A stretch of 64,000 nt of DNA from Sphingomonadales bacterium (GCA_016704425.1 JADJAC010000010.1:27694-91693); one strand, 5' to 3'. Numbered from the stretch's first letter, positions 1-9,448 are shown. Notes: a model not told the origin generated them from the letters alone. Numbers and translations: made by a program.

Positions 1-474
1 GCAAGCGGGGATGAACTTGGGGCTGCCGTCCTTGGCATTGTGCTCCATCACGACGATGATCTTCTTGACCCCGGCAACAAGGTCCATCGCGCCGCCCATG
101 CCCTTGATCATCTTGCCGGGAATCATCCAGTTCGCGATGTCCCCGTTCTCAGCGACTTCCATCGCGCCAAGGACCGTCAGGTCGATATGTCCGCCGCGGA
201 TCATCGCAAAGGATGCTGCGCTGTCGAAATAGGCCGATTGGGGAAGCTCGCTGATCGTCTGCTTGCCCGCATTGATGAGGTCGGGATCCTCCTCGCCCGC
301 ATAGGGAAACGGGCCGATACCCAACATCCCGTTTTCAGACTGCAGCGTCACTTCAACGCCTTCGGGGATGTGATTTGCAACAAGGGTTGGAATGCCAATC
401 CCCAGATTCACATAATAGCCGTCACGCAATTCCTTCGCCGCACGCGCGGCCATCTCGTCACGAGTCCAAGGCAT
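1..474 (-). CDS. scoB: succinyl-CoA:3-ketoacid CoA transferase subunit B (partial, runs off window)
   Basis: Not in ORF track. Reverse translation from ATG at 474-472 gives [58 protein letters not shown]..., the conserved B-subunit N-terminus. Same operon as scoA. Confidence 0.9.
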   Translation of the reverse strand, partial: MPWTRDEMAARAAKELRDGYYVNLGIGIPTLVANHIPEGVEVTLQSENGMLGIGPFPYAGEEDPDLINAGKQTISELPQSAYFDSAASFAMIRGGHIDLTVLGAMEVAENGDIANWMIPGKMIKGMGGAMDLVAGVKKIIVVMEHNAKDGSPKFIPAC

Positions 475-791
475 TAGTTTAGCTTCCCTGCAGCTTGAAT
501 GGTCTCAACATCGCGGACTTGCTCGCGCAATTCGGCCGCGAACCCGTCACACATTGCCTGCAATGCGAATTGTTCCTCAATTCCCCAGCGTTGCGAGTAA
601 GCGATTGCAGCGTGGCGTACCGTATCGGCGATGAGATAGCCGAAGTGCAGGGGGTCTTCCAAGACGCCAGGTTGAATCCATACACTGCTGCCAGCGCCAT
701 CAGTTATCCAGATTCGCGCAACTTCCGATGAATCCGCCGTCAGAACATCCCCATTTTCGAGCCCGATTTCTTGCGGTCCGCTCTGCATCAT
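474..791 (-). CDS. hypothetical 105-aa protein wedged between scoA and scoB
   Basis: ORF track 474..791. Its ATG overlaps the scoA stop (ATGA, 788-791) and its TAA overlaps the scoB ATG (TAATG, 472-476). Acidic, with no TM segment, signal peptide or recognisable motif. Confidence 0.6.
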   Translation of the reverse strand: MMQSGPQEIGLENGDVLTADSSEVARIWITDGAGSSVWIQPGVLEDPLHFGYLIADTVRHAAIAYSQRWGIEEQFALQAMCDGFAAELREQVRDVETIQAAGKLN

Positions 792-1495
792 GCCGCCTCC
801 CTTTCGCGCACGGTTCGGAATTCGATCTTCTTGTCATAGGGAGCGCCAACAATGATGCGCTGCACATACACGCCGGGAAGGTGGATGCAGTCCGGATCGA
901 GACTGCCAACCGGAACAATTTCTTCCACTTCAACAACGCAGACCTTGCCGCAGGTGGCGGCGGGCTGATTGAAGTTGCGCGCGGTCTTGCGAAAGACAAG
1001 GTTTCCCGTCGCGTCCGCTTTCCATGCCTTCACAATTGCAAGATCGGCGAAGATGCCACGTTCAAGGATATAATCCTGACCGTCGAACGTCTTCACATCC
1101 TTGCCATCGGCGACCTGCGTTCCGACGCCTGTCTTGGTGTAGAAGCCGGGGATGCCGGCGCCGCCCGCACGCATGCGTTCTGCCAAGGTTCCCTGCGGGC
1201 AGAATTCCACTTCAAGCTCGCCAGCGAGGAACTGCCGCTCAAACTCCTTGTTCTCGCCGACATAGGAGGAAATCATCTTGCGGATCTGGCGGGTGCGCAA
1301 AAGCTTGCCCAGACCTTCGCCGTCAATGCCAGCGTTGTTGGAAGCAATCGTCAGGCCCTGGACACCGCTTTCGACTATGGCATCGATCAGGCGCTCGGGG
1401 ATGCCGCACAACCCGAATCCGCCTGACGCGATCAGCATGCCATCTTTGAGAAGCCCATCAAGCGCGGCTTTGGCGTCAGGATAGAGTTTTTTCAT
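788..1495 (-). CDS. scoA: succinyl-CoA:3-ketoacid CoA transferase subunit A
   Basis: 235 aa: MKKLYPDAKAALDGLLKDGMLIASGGFGLCGIPE...SSYVGENKEFERQ... Typical 3-oxoacid CoA-transferase A subunit. Confidence 0.93.
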   Translation of the reverse strand: MKKLYPDAKAALDGLLKDGMLIASGGFGLCGIPERLIDAIVESGVQGLTIASNNAGIDGEGLGKLLRTRQIRKMISSYVGENKEFERQFLAGELEVEFCPQGTLAERMRAGGAGIPGFYTKTGVGTQVADGKDVKTFDGQDYILERGIFADLAIVKAWKADATGNLVFRKTARNFNQPAATCGKVCVVEVEEIVPVGSLDPDCIHLPGVYVQRIIVGAPYDKKIEFRTVREREAA

Positions 1496-1549
1496 AAGTC
1501 CAGTCCCTCCCGGAGTCGGGCGCGGTTAGCGAGTCGTGCCAATTTTGCC

Positions 1550-1580
1550 AAATGCAATCACAGTGTCCATAATTGCATTT
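1550..1580. promoter_or_regulatory. AT-rich inverted repeat AAATGCAAT-N13-ATTGCATTT upstream of scoA
   Basis: Perfect 9-bp arms at 1550-1558 and 1572-1580, 55-85 nt upstream of the scoA ATG and just 3' of the VIT gene. Too AT-rich for a good terminator stem. Confidence 0.25.
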
Positions 1581-1583
1581 TGA

Positions 1584-2305
1584 TCAACTCACAGCTGTCC
1601 CAAACAAGGATCCGATACCCGCCGTCGCAGCCATTGCGAAAGCACCCCAGAATGTGACTCTGATGATGGCTCTGACGACGCTGGCGCCGCCCAGTTTTGC
1701 GCCAACCCCCCAAGCAGCGCAAGAAAGGCAATCGCTGACAGAGTCACAGCAATCGAGAGAGCGGCGCCCGAGAAGAGGACAACCATGAGCAGGGGCAACG
1801 CAGCGCCAACCGAAAAGCTCGCCGCCGAGGCAAGTGCTGCCTGGATCGGTCGTGCGATCGCATGCTCCGCAATTCCAAGCTCGTCACGCAAATGGGTTCC
1901 GAAAGCATCATGTGCCGTCAACTGATCTGCAACCTGTTCGGCAAGTGCGCGGTCCAACCCGCGCTTCTGATATATCCCGATCAGCTCCTCCCGTTCAGCT
2001 GCGGAATCCGTTGCAAGTTCCTGACGTTCGCGCGCCATGTCGGCTTGTTCGGAATCCGCCTGCGAGCTGACGGAGACATACTCCCCGGCGGCCATCGACA
2101 TGGCGCCGGCGACCAGCCCGGCAGCACCCGTGAGCAGGATGCTCGATTGAGTGGCACCCGCGCTTGCCACGCCCATGATCAGGCTGGCTGTCGAGACAAT
2201 CCCGTCATTGGCCCCCAACACCGATGCACGGAGCCACCCGATGCGGTCAATCAGATGGGCTTCCCTGTGCAGTCTCGCCATAATCGTCGCCTTGTGTTGG
2301 AGCAC
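1584..2305 (-). pseudogene. VIT1/CCC1-family iron/manganese transporter, frameshifted in a G6 homopolymer
   Basis: N-terminal 200 aa are VIT-like (LGANDGIVSTASLIMGV..., AAGEYVSVSSQ). After the G6 run (C6 on + strand, 1706-1711) the tracked frame gives nonsense (AQNWAAPASSEPSS...). The adjacent frame gives the canonical end VGAKLGGASVVRAIIRVTFWGAFAMAATAGIGSLFGTAVS*, stopping at 1584. Confidence 0.75.
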
Positions 2306-3226
2306 TCAATATCGAAGTTTGAGCCCAGGTCGTTTCCAGCGGGTCTTCGCCAGCCGACCTGAACCCGACAGAGTAATCCACGCATCCATCATGTCTGCGC
2401 CGCCAAAGCAGATATTGGTTGTGAAGATATCATCAGTCGCAACAAATTCGACCAGCTCCCCCGCTGGCGAAACGACCGATATTCCGCATTCTCCAATAGT
2501 GGCCACGCATATATTGCCATTGGCTTCCATAGCGAGGCTGTCGAAAAACTTGTATCCGGCCGGCCGATAAAGCGGGATGCCAGGTCCACCCGGCCCGGCA
2601 GAATCATCGACCTTGCCAGGAGCAATCACGTTGAAGGCCATCAACCGGCACGTGTAGGTTTCTGCCGCGTAGAGCCGCTTGCCATCGGGCGACAAGCCAA
2701 CGCCATTGGGATTGTTCGACGGGAAGACCACTTCCTCGAGAAAGCTGCCGTCCGCCTTGGCATAGAAGATGCCGACAATGTCGTGGCAGCGTTTGGCATA
2801 ATCGACCTTGCCATGATCGGTAAACCAGAAACCGCCATGCGCATCGAACATGATGTCGTTGGGCCCGCGCAGGACGCAGCCGAAATCGCCCGACTTGTAG
2901 AGAATTTCGACCTTCCCTGTCGCAATGTCGATCCGCTCGATCCGTCCGCCCGAATAGTCGTTGGCAATGCCGTGCGGCGCGAGGTATCCGTTCGACTCCA
3001 GATATTCGAAACCACCATTGTTGCAGCAGTAGAGCTTCCCGTCAGGCCCCATTGCGAGACCGTTCGGCCCGCCACCAGTTTCAGCAACAGTCTCCTTGCG
3101 TCCGTCGGGATAGACGCGCGTGATCCGCCCGTTGGCGATTTCGGTCAGAATAATGCTCCCGTCCGGCATGGCTACCGGGCCTTCGGGAAAGCGCAGGCCT
3201 TCCGCAACAATCTCAAAATCAGCCAT
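2306..3226 (-). CDS. SMP-30/gluconolactonase/LRE-family lactonase
   Basis: ADFEIVAEGLRFPEGPVAMPDGSIILTEI...GPNG...PNDIMFD...PNGVGLSPDG: six-bladed propeller lactonase pattern. ATG at 3226 preceded by GGGAGAG. The ORF track extends to 3259. Confidence 0.85.
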   Translation of the reverse strand: MADFEIVAEGLRFPEGPVAMPDGSIILTEIANGRITRVYPDGRKETVAETGGGPNGLAMGPDGKLYCCNNGGFEYLESNGYLAPHGIANDYSGGRIERIDIATGKVEILYKSGDFGCVLRGPNDIMFDAHGGFWFTDHGKVDYAKRCHDIVGIFYAKADGSFLEEVVFPSNNPNGVGLSPDGKRLYAAETYTCRLMAFNVIAPGKVDDSAGPGGPGIPLYRPAGYKFFDSLAMEANGNICVATIGECGISVVSPAGELVEFVATDDIFTTNICFGGADMMDAWITLSGSGRLAKTRWKRPGLKLRY

Positions 3227-3397
3227 ATCTCTCTCCCGATCGGTGCCTTCGACTCGCACGTGCGAGCGAATTTTGATTATGTGTGCCTTTGCGCGGGGCG
3301 GTTTGTCGATAGTGCAATCTCAAAGTTTCAGCGGCTATCGTCGAAGAGGAAAATGCCCTAGAGCAGCGGCATCAGATTGACCCTGCCGAGGAATTTC

Positions 3398-4831
3398 ATG
3401 CCAACACATTATGATGCCGATCTTCGCCTGTTCATCAACGGCAGCTGGCGGATCGGAGAAGACCGTCACCCCGCTGGCGTTATCAATCCGGCCACGGGTG
3501 AGACGATAGCCGAACTGCCGCTGGCAACCGCTGCCGACCTGGATGAAGCGCTCGCGTCTGCCGACAAGGGCTTCCAGACCTGGCGCGCAATGGACGTCGA
3601 GGCTCGTGGCGCAATCCTTCGCAAGGCCGCGACACTCCTGCGGGACAGGACAGAGGCTATTGCGACACTGCTCACGCTCGAACAGGGCAAGCCCCTTGCC
3701 GAAGCGCGTGGAGAAGTCTCAAGCAGCGCGACCCTGTTTGACTATTGCGCGGAAGAAGCCAAGCGCGCCTATGGCCGGGTCCTGATCCGCCCCACCGGCC
3801 AGCGCTCGATCGTTATCAAGCAGCCAGTGGGCCCGGTCGCCAGTTTCACGCCATGGAATTTTCCGGTTTACCTGATGGCCAAGAAACTGGCTTCCGCGCT
3901 CGCTGCGGGCTGTTCCGTGATCGCCAAGCCGCCAGAGGAGACACCCGGCTGCACCTCTGCCTTGATGCAATGCCTGATTGACGCGGGGGTTCCAGCCAAT
4001 GTCATCCAGCTGGTTTTCGGGGTCCCTGATATGGTGAGCCGCCACCTCATCGGTTCACGCATTATCCGCAAGATCAGCTTCACGGGCTCGGTTCCGGTCG
4101 GCAAGCATCTGATGAAACTCGCAGCCGATGGCGCCAAACGCGTCACAATGGAATTGGGCGGACATGCTCCGGTTCTGATTTTTGACGATTGCGATCTCGA
4201 GAAGACGCTCGACATGGTCGTCCCGCAAAAATTCCGGAATGCCGGTCAGGTCTGCGTTTCGCCCACCCGCTTTTATGTCCAGCAGAATATTTATGATGCC
4301 TTTGTGAAGGGTTTTGCCGCGCGGACTACCAATGTGACGACCGGCAGCGGTCTTGACGCTGAAACGAAGATGGGCCCCCTGGCCAATGCCCGGCGCCCGG
4401 CGGCCATCGGTGCCTTGGTCGACGATGCACGGGCCAAAGGCGCGCGCGTTCTTGCAGGCGGAAATCGTGGCGATCACGGCTATTTCTTTCAGCCGACCGT
4501 ACTCGCAGACGTGCCGCAGGAGGCCGACATCATGTCGAACGAGCCGTTCGGCCCCGTTGCTGTCTGCCGCCCGTTCGAGAGTTTCGACGAAGCGATCGAA
4601 CAGGCCAACCGCCTCCCCTATGGACTTGCTGCCTTCGCCTTTACCGAGAACGGGCGCCGGGCCAATTTACTGGGCGATGCCATTGAGAGCGGCATGGTCG
4701 GCATCAATACCTTTGCAATCAGCACACCGGATTCGCCCTTTGGCGGCGTCAAGGAATCAGGCTTCGGCAGTGAAGGCGGGCCTGAGGGAATGGAAAGTTA
4801 TTTCGTGACAAAGGCGATTCACCAGGCATGA
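3398..4831 (+). CDS. NAD(P)-dependent aldehyde dehydrogenase
   Basis: ALDH-superfamily pattern (FTPWNFP..., ELGGHAP, VCVSPTRF, EPFGPV). ATG at 3398 with GAGGA 6 nt upstream. The track start at 3377 is TTG. Confidence 0.9.
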   Translation: MPTHYDADLRLFINGSWRIGEDRHPAGVINPATGETIAELPLATAADLDEALASADKGFQTWRAMDVEARGAILRKAATLLRDRTEAIATLLTLEQGKPLAEARGEVSSSATLFDYCAEEAKRAYGRVLIRPTGQRSIVIKQPVGPVASFTPWNFPVYLMAKKLASALAAGCSVIAKPPEETPGCTSALMQCLIDAGVPANVIQLVFGVPDMVSRHLIGSRIIRKISFTGSVPVGKHLMKLAADGAKRVTMELGGHAPVLIFDDCDLEKTLDMVVPQKFRNAGQVCVSPTRFYVQQNIYDAFVKGFAARTTNVTTGSGLDAETKMGPLANARRPAAIGALVDDARAKGARVLAGGNRGDHGYFFQPTVLADVPQEADIMSNEPFGPVAVCRPFESFDEAIEQANRLPYGLAAFAFTENGRRANLLGDAIESGMVGINTFAISTPDSPFGGVKESGFGSEGGPEGMESYFVTKAIHQA

Positions 4832-6483
4832 GCAACACGCGCACCGGCGGCCGTATTCTTGTTGACCAGCTTGTCATCCAGGGCTGCGACCGCATCTTCA
4901 CCGTTCCGGGCGAGAGCTTTCTTGCCGTGCTCGACGCGCTGCACGATACGCCCGAAATCCAGACCGTCATCTGCAGGCAGGAGGGCGGCGTCACCTATAT
5001 GGCCTGTGCCGACGGCACCCTGACCGGGCGGCCTGGCATTGCCTTTGTGACCCGCGGGCCGGGAGCCACCAATGCCAGCATCGGCGTTCATGTGGCGATG
5101 CAGGATTCGCAGCCGATGATCCTGTTCATTGGGGATGTGGATCGTGGCATGCGGGACCGGGAAGGATTTCAGGAAGTCGATTTCACGGCGATGTTCACGC
5201 CACTTGCCAAATGGGCAACGCGGATCGACGATCCTGCCCGTATCCCGGAATATGTTGCCCGCGCATATTCCGTCGCGATGTCCGGCAGGCCGGGACCGGT
5301 TGTGATCGCACTTCCGGAAGACATGCTGATCGAAGTGGCGGAGGCTGTTGACCGGCCGCGTGTCGACCGCCCTGCACAGGCGCCCGACACTGGAACAATG
5401 GAGACGTTCGCATCGCTCATATCGTCTGCCCAATCTCCCGTCGCGATCATTGGTGGTGCAGGATGGAACGATGATGCCGCGCGAGACTTTGCAGAATTTG
5501 CGGCGGCGCACGGCATCCCCGTTGCTGCCGGGTTTCGCCGGCAAGATGCCATTGCGAACGACTGCCCCGTCTGGGCGGGCAATCTGGGCTATGGCCCCAA
5601 TCCCAAATTGACTGACAGGATCAAGTCTGCCGACCTGATCCTTGCCGTCGGCGCACGCCTCGGCGAAGCGACGACGGACAGCTACACCTTGGTCACGCCG
5701 GATCACCCGGGAAAAACCCTCATCCATGTTCACCCGGACCCGAACGAATTGGGCCACGTCTATCGCGCGGATCTCGCAATTTGCGCCGGGATGCCTGAAT
5801 TCGCCCGAGCGGCGGCGGCTATGCCTAAACCGCAAGAGCCAAAGCCTGCAGGCTCTGAGGCCCATGCGGAATGGAAGGCCTGGAACACAGCAGCACCTTT
5901 CGACACGCGCGTCGATCTTGGCATGTGCGTTGCGGCCATGCGGGAGGCCCTTCCTGCCGACACCATCATCTGCAACGGCGCAGGGAATTTCTCGGGCTGG
6001 TGGCATCGGTATTGGTCGCACCCGAAACATGGTACGCAACTGGCGCCGACTGCTGGGGCCATGGGTTATGGGCCACCGGCGGCCGTCGCCGCAGCGCTGC
6101 GTCATCCCGAACGCAGTGTGGTTGCGCTGGCCGGTGATGGCGATTTCATGATGAACGGGCAGGAACTGGCGACAGCTGTTCAATATGGCTGTGACATGCT
6201 GGTGCTTGTGATCGACAATGGCGCTTACGGGACAATCCGCATGCATCAGGAACGCGAGTATCCGACGCGAGTCAGCGGGACCACGCTCCACAATCCTGAT
6301 TTTGCGGCGCTGGCTCGCGCCTATGGCGGGTGGGCGGAAACCGTCGAGGCGACTGCCGATTTCGCGCCGGCGCTGAGCCGCGCCCTCGAACACAAGGGCT
6401 TGCGGCTGCTCCATCTCAAGACCGACGTCGAACGGATCAGCGCCGGCACGACAATCAGTGTGCTTCGCGGAGTCACTCGTTGA
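4828..6483 (+). CDS. thiamine-diphosphate-dependent enzyme (acetolactate-synthase-like family)
   Basis: N-terminal TPP-pyrimidine domain (FTVPGESFLAVLDAL...TRGPGATN) and C-terminal GDGDF...IDNGAYG TPP-binding motif. ATGA overlap with the ALDH stop. Confidence 0.88.
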   Translation: MSNTRTGGRILVDQLVIQGCDRIFTVPGESFLAVLDALHDTPEIQTVICRQEGGVTYMACADGTLTGRPGIAFVTRGPGATNASIGVHVAMQDSQPMILFIGDVDRGMRDREGFQEVDFTAMFTPLAKWATRIDDPARIPEYVARAYSVAMSGRPGPVVIALPEDMLIEVAEAVDRPRVDRPAQAPDTGTMETFASLISSAQSPVAIIGGAGWNDDAARDFAEFAAAHGIPVAAGFRRQDAIANDCPVWAGNLGYGPNPKLTDRIKSADLILAVGARLGEATTDSYTLVTPDHPGKTLIHVHPDPNELGHVYRADLAICAGMPEFARAAAAMPKPQEPKPAGSEAHAEWKAWNTAAPFDTRVDLGMCVAAMREALPADTIICNGAGNFSGWWHRYWSHPKHGTQLAPTAGAMGYGPPAAVAAALRHPERSVVALAGDGDFMMNGQELATAVQYGCDMLVLVIDNGAYGTIRMHQEREYPTRVSGTTLHNPDFAALARAYGGWAETVEATADFAPALSRALEHKGLRLLHLKTDVERISAGTTISVLRGVTR

Positions 6484-6505
6484 CACAACGAGCTTAGCAG
6501 TAGCC

Positions 6506-7501
6506 ATGTCGCGTTACTATTCCGGTCCGCCGAGCGATCATTTCGACGGAGAGCGCTTCTTCGGGCCGCAACGCAGTGGCGGCAAAGGCCTGGGCCCATT
6601 GCTCAAATGGCAGTTGGGGAGCAAGCGGGCGAAATGGCCGCGCTGGATCGACAATGCGTCACAGCCACCGCCGCCGGAACGACTCGAAGGCAACGGCATT
6701 CAGCTCACGATGATTGGCCATGTCAGCGTCCTCATCCAGACAGCCGGCGTGAATATCCTGACCGACCCGGTCTGGTCTGACCGCGCAAGCCCGTTCCAGG
6801 TGGCTGGACCAAAGCGCGTGCGCGCGCCGGGCATTACCCTCGATGCCCTGCCTCCCATTGATCTCATTCTGGTCAGCCACAATCATTATGACCATCTGGA
6901 CACGACGACACTTGACCGGCTTGTCCACCGTTTCGATCCGGAAATCGTGACGCCGCTTGGCAATGGTACGATTATTCGACAGGCCACGCCCAATGCCCGA
7001 ATCGTCGAAATCGACTGGGATGACACAACGGCTCACGGTCCACTCACGATAGAAGCAGAGCCCGTCAATCACTGGTCGGCGCGCTGGTCGACCGACCGGA
7101 ACGAAGCACTTTGGGCGGGCATGACAATCCATGCGCCGGCTCGACGCATCTTCTTCAATGGCGACTCAGGATATGCAGGGGGCTGGTGGGTCGACCGGCT
7201 GATGCAGAAGCATGGCACGATCGATGTCTCGCTCTGCCCCATCGGTGCCTATGAGCCGCGCTGGTTCATGAAGGATGCCCATATGGACCCCGACGAAGCG
7301 GTCGAGGTCTACAAGACGATGAATGGGCCCATGACGCTGGGGTTCCACTGGGGTGTCTTCCAGCTGACCGACGAGCCCATCAATGAACCGAAGGAGCGAC
7401 TGATGGCGGCGCTGGCGCGCGAAGGGATCGATCCTGCGCGCTTCCGCACGTTGGAGCCCGGTGAAAGCTGGACACTCCCGGATGTCGCACTGAACCTCTA
7501 A
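6506..7501 (+). CDS. MBL-fold metallo-hydrolase
   Basis: VSHNHYDHLD metallo-beta-lactamase motif with a NAPE-PLD-like layout. ATG at 6506. Confidence 0.8.
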   Translation: MSRYYSGPPSDHFDGERFFGPQRSGGKGLGPLLKWQLGSKRAKWPRWIDNASQPPPPERLEGNGIQLTMIGHVSVLIQTAGVNILTDPVWSDRASPFQVAGPKRVRAPGITLDALPPIDLILVSHNHYDHLDTTTLDRLVHRFDPEIVTPLGNGTIIRQATPNARIVEIDWDDTTAHGPLTIEAEPVNHWSARWSTDRNEALWAGMTIHAPARRIFFNGDSGYAGGWWVDRLMQKHGTIDVSLCPIGAYEPRWFMKDAHMDPDEAVEVYKTMNGPMTLGFHWGVFQLTDEPINEPKERLMAALAREGIDPARFRTLEPGESWTLPDVALNL

Positions 7502-8196
7502 CCCACCACCGTCGCCCGTGCCGCTGGGGCTGGAGCCGCTGGCAGTGGCATCTTGGCCCGTCGCGCAGTCAATATCCTGACGGGTGCTTCGATCATCTGG
7601 CCACGCATCACGCCTTCGCCCTTGGTCGCAGAAACCGGAGCGGCGTGAATCTTCTGCACCACATCCATCCCTTCGACTACATGGCCGAACGCCGCATAGC
7701 CCGCATTGTCTCCACTCGCGCCCGGATCGGCATCCAGAGCCGGCATGTCGGAAAGCAAGATCGAGAAATCGCAGGTTGCCGTCCCCGGGGCCCAGCGCGC
7801 CATTGAAATCGTTCCCGCCTTGTGGAGGATTCCCGTCACATTGGTCGGTTCGTGCGCGATCGGCTTCAGGATGCGCTTCGGATCGTATTGGGTGCCGCCC
7901 TGGATCAGGCCCTGCGGCCCCGGCCCTCCGAAGTCGAGCCGCATCGTGCGGTAGAACACCGTGCCATCGAGGCGTCGTTGATCAACATAGCGCAAAAAAT
8001 TGGCCGTAGTGATCGGTGCCCGCTTGCCGTCAAGCTCAAGCACGATCGTGCCCAAGGTCGTCGTCAATGCCACCCGGACAAGGCCCAGGGGTTCCACAAC
8101 GGCCTGAGCCGGCGCCTTTCGAACCGGGGCCGCCAGTGCGGCGGCTGGCATCGCAAGGCAGCCACACAAGGCCAAGAGACCAATTATTCGTTTCAT
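7498..8196 (-). CDS. secreted cyclophilin-type peptidyl-prolyl isomerase
   Basis: Signal peptide MKRIIGLLALCGCLAMPAAALA followed by a cyclophilin core (FHRTM-like YRTMRL..., GHVVEGMDVV). ATG at 8196. Confidence 0.85.
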   Translation of the reverse strand: MKRIIGLLALCGCLAMPAAALAAPVRKAPAQAVVEPLGLVRVALTTTLGTIVLELDGKRAPITTANFLRYVDQRRLDGTVFYRTMRLDFGGPGPQGLIQGGTQYDPKRILKPIAHEPTNVTGILHKAGTISMARWAPGTATCDFSILLSDMPALDADPGASGDNAGYAAFGHVVEGMDVVQKIHAAPVSATKGEGVMRGQMIEAPVRILTARRAKMPLPAAPAPAARATVVG

Positions 8197-8210
8197 GAGC
8201 ATGCCCATTC

Positions 8211-9122
8211 CTAAGCTGCCTGGACGGCCTGCATGTGTGACGTCCTTCGTGTCAGCCAAAACTGGATCTGATCCACCACAAAATCAATGACGGCGCGGAT
8301 ATGCGGCTGACGGCGGGCCTCGTCCGTGGTGACCATCCAACCTGGGGTCTTCAATTCGGCAATCGGCGGCAGCAGCCTTACAACACCGCGGAGGTCATCG
8401 CCCATAAGGCAAGGCAGGACGGAGGCGCCAATCCCGGAGCGCACGCTCGCGATCAGCCCCGAGAGCGTATTCGCCCGATGGACTATGTGCGCCTCTGGCA
8501 GATTTTCGGCCACCCAGTTGTTCACAAACCCGTTGCGATCGACATTCAGCACCAGCGGATAACGGCACAATTCCGCAATAGTGGCAGGCAAGCCGCAGCG
8601 TTCTGCCATTTCCTGGCTGGCGTAAAAGGCTTCCTCCATGTCCATCAGGTGGCGCACGATCAGCGCGTCCTGGGTGGGACGATTGCCGAAACGCAACGCG
8701 AGATCGGCGTCTCCGCGAAGCAGGTCGAGATTTTCGTCAGTCGTGATGACTTCGACCCGAATGTCCGGATGACGCGCCCTCAGCAGTCCCAGTGCCGGGA
8801 TAACCCAGGCATTTGCAGCCGATTCAACAGTTGTCAGCCGAACCGTGCCGGCCAAACGGCGCGATTCCATGGCAATGTTCGCAGAAAATGCGCAAACGGA
8901 ATCTTCGACGGCCTCTGCTGCGCCCAAAACAGCCTCACCACGCGGCGTGAGTCGGTACCCAGCGGGCGTCCGGATGAAGAGCTGGACACCGATGGCTTCC
9001 TCAAGGATGGTTACACGACGCGAGATTGTCGCCTGACTGACCTTCATGTTTCGGGACGCGGAGAGCGTACTGCCGCTTCGCGCGACGGCGAGGAAATAGC
9101 GCAGATCGTTCCAGTCGAACAT
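8211..9122 (-). CDS. LysR-family transcriptional regulator
   Basis: N-terminal wHTH MFDWNDLRYFLAVARSGSTLSASRNMKVSQATISRRV plus an LTTR substrate-binding domain. Confidence 0.9.
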   Translation of the reverse strand: MFDWNDLRYFLAVARSGSTLSASRNMKVSQATISRRVTILEEAIGVQLFIRTPAGYRLTPRGEAVLGAAEAVEDSVCAFSANIAMESRRLAGTVRLTTVESAANAWVIPALGLLRARHPDIRVEVITTDENLDLLRGDADLALRFGNRPTQDALIVRHLMDMEEAFYASQEMAERCGLPATIAELCRYPLVLNVDRNGFVNNWVAENLPEAHIVHRANTLSGLIASVRSGIGASVLPCLMGDDLRGVVRLLPPIAELKTPGWMVTTDEARRQPHIRAVIDFVVDQIQFWLTRRTSHMQAVQAA

Positions 9123-9150
9123 GACCGACTCCAGAAGCCCTGAACCGCGT

Positions 9151-9166
9151 TATGCATTTTTGCATA
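9151..9166. promoter_or_regulatory. palindrome TATGCA-TTTT-TGCATA (candidate LTTR operator)
   Basis: Perfect 6-bp arms, 29 nt upstream of the LysR ATG, in the divergent intergenic region. Confidence 0.4.
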
Positions 9167-9280
9167 GGGTGTTTGCAACCTTGGTGTTCACGCTCCCTGG
9201 ATCATCAGGTGTAATCGGAATTCAGACGACGGGATCGCCCCATCGCCCCCATTGAAGAATTGAATATGAGGAGATTTGAA

Positions 9281-9385
9281 ATGACCCAGTTCCGCCCCGC
9301 CCTTTTCCTTGCCGCCATCCTGGCGACCTATGCTGGCCTCGCACTCGCTGCCATTCCCTTGAGCAGCATTGCGGCCCTTGCATAG
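9281..9385 (+). CDS. small hydrophobic peptide (34 aa; 39 aa if in-frame ATG at 9266 is used)
   Basis: Not in track (<60 aa). AGGAGA lies 6 nt before ATG 9281. Product is MTQFRPALFLAAILATYAGLALAAIPLSSIAALA*. Divergent from the LysR gene and followed by a hairpin and a terminator. Confidence 0.35.
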   Translation: MTQFRPALFLAAILATYAGLALAAIPLSSIAALA

Positions 9386-9396
9386 GTCCAAGGCCA

Positions 9397-9448
9397 TTCG
9401 CCCGTCGGGGGAAGTCCCTCCCCCAGCCCATGCACCCCGACGGGCGAA
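9397..9448. repeat. 14-bp perfect inverted repeat (stem-loop, 24-nt loop)
   Basis: TTCGCCCGTCGGGG (9397-9410) pairs with CCCCGACGGGCGAA (9435-9448). Confidence 0.6.

Noticed and set aside
4819-6507. 562-aa minus-strand ORF. Similar long ORFs occur at 9906-11831, 15786-17327, 19543-21141, 21855-22895, 36334-37290, 39259-40380, 46906-48489, 49488-50795 and 56947-58200.
   Set aside because: All are antisense to genes with unmistakable conserved products (ThDP enzyme, pnp, queA, MBL, qor, pyk, M14, acylase, clpB, terC). They are Arg/Gly/Pro/Ala-rich with no motifs. These are typical stop-poor shadow frames of high-GC DNA.
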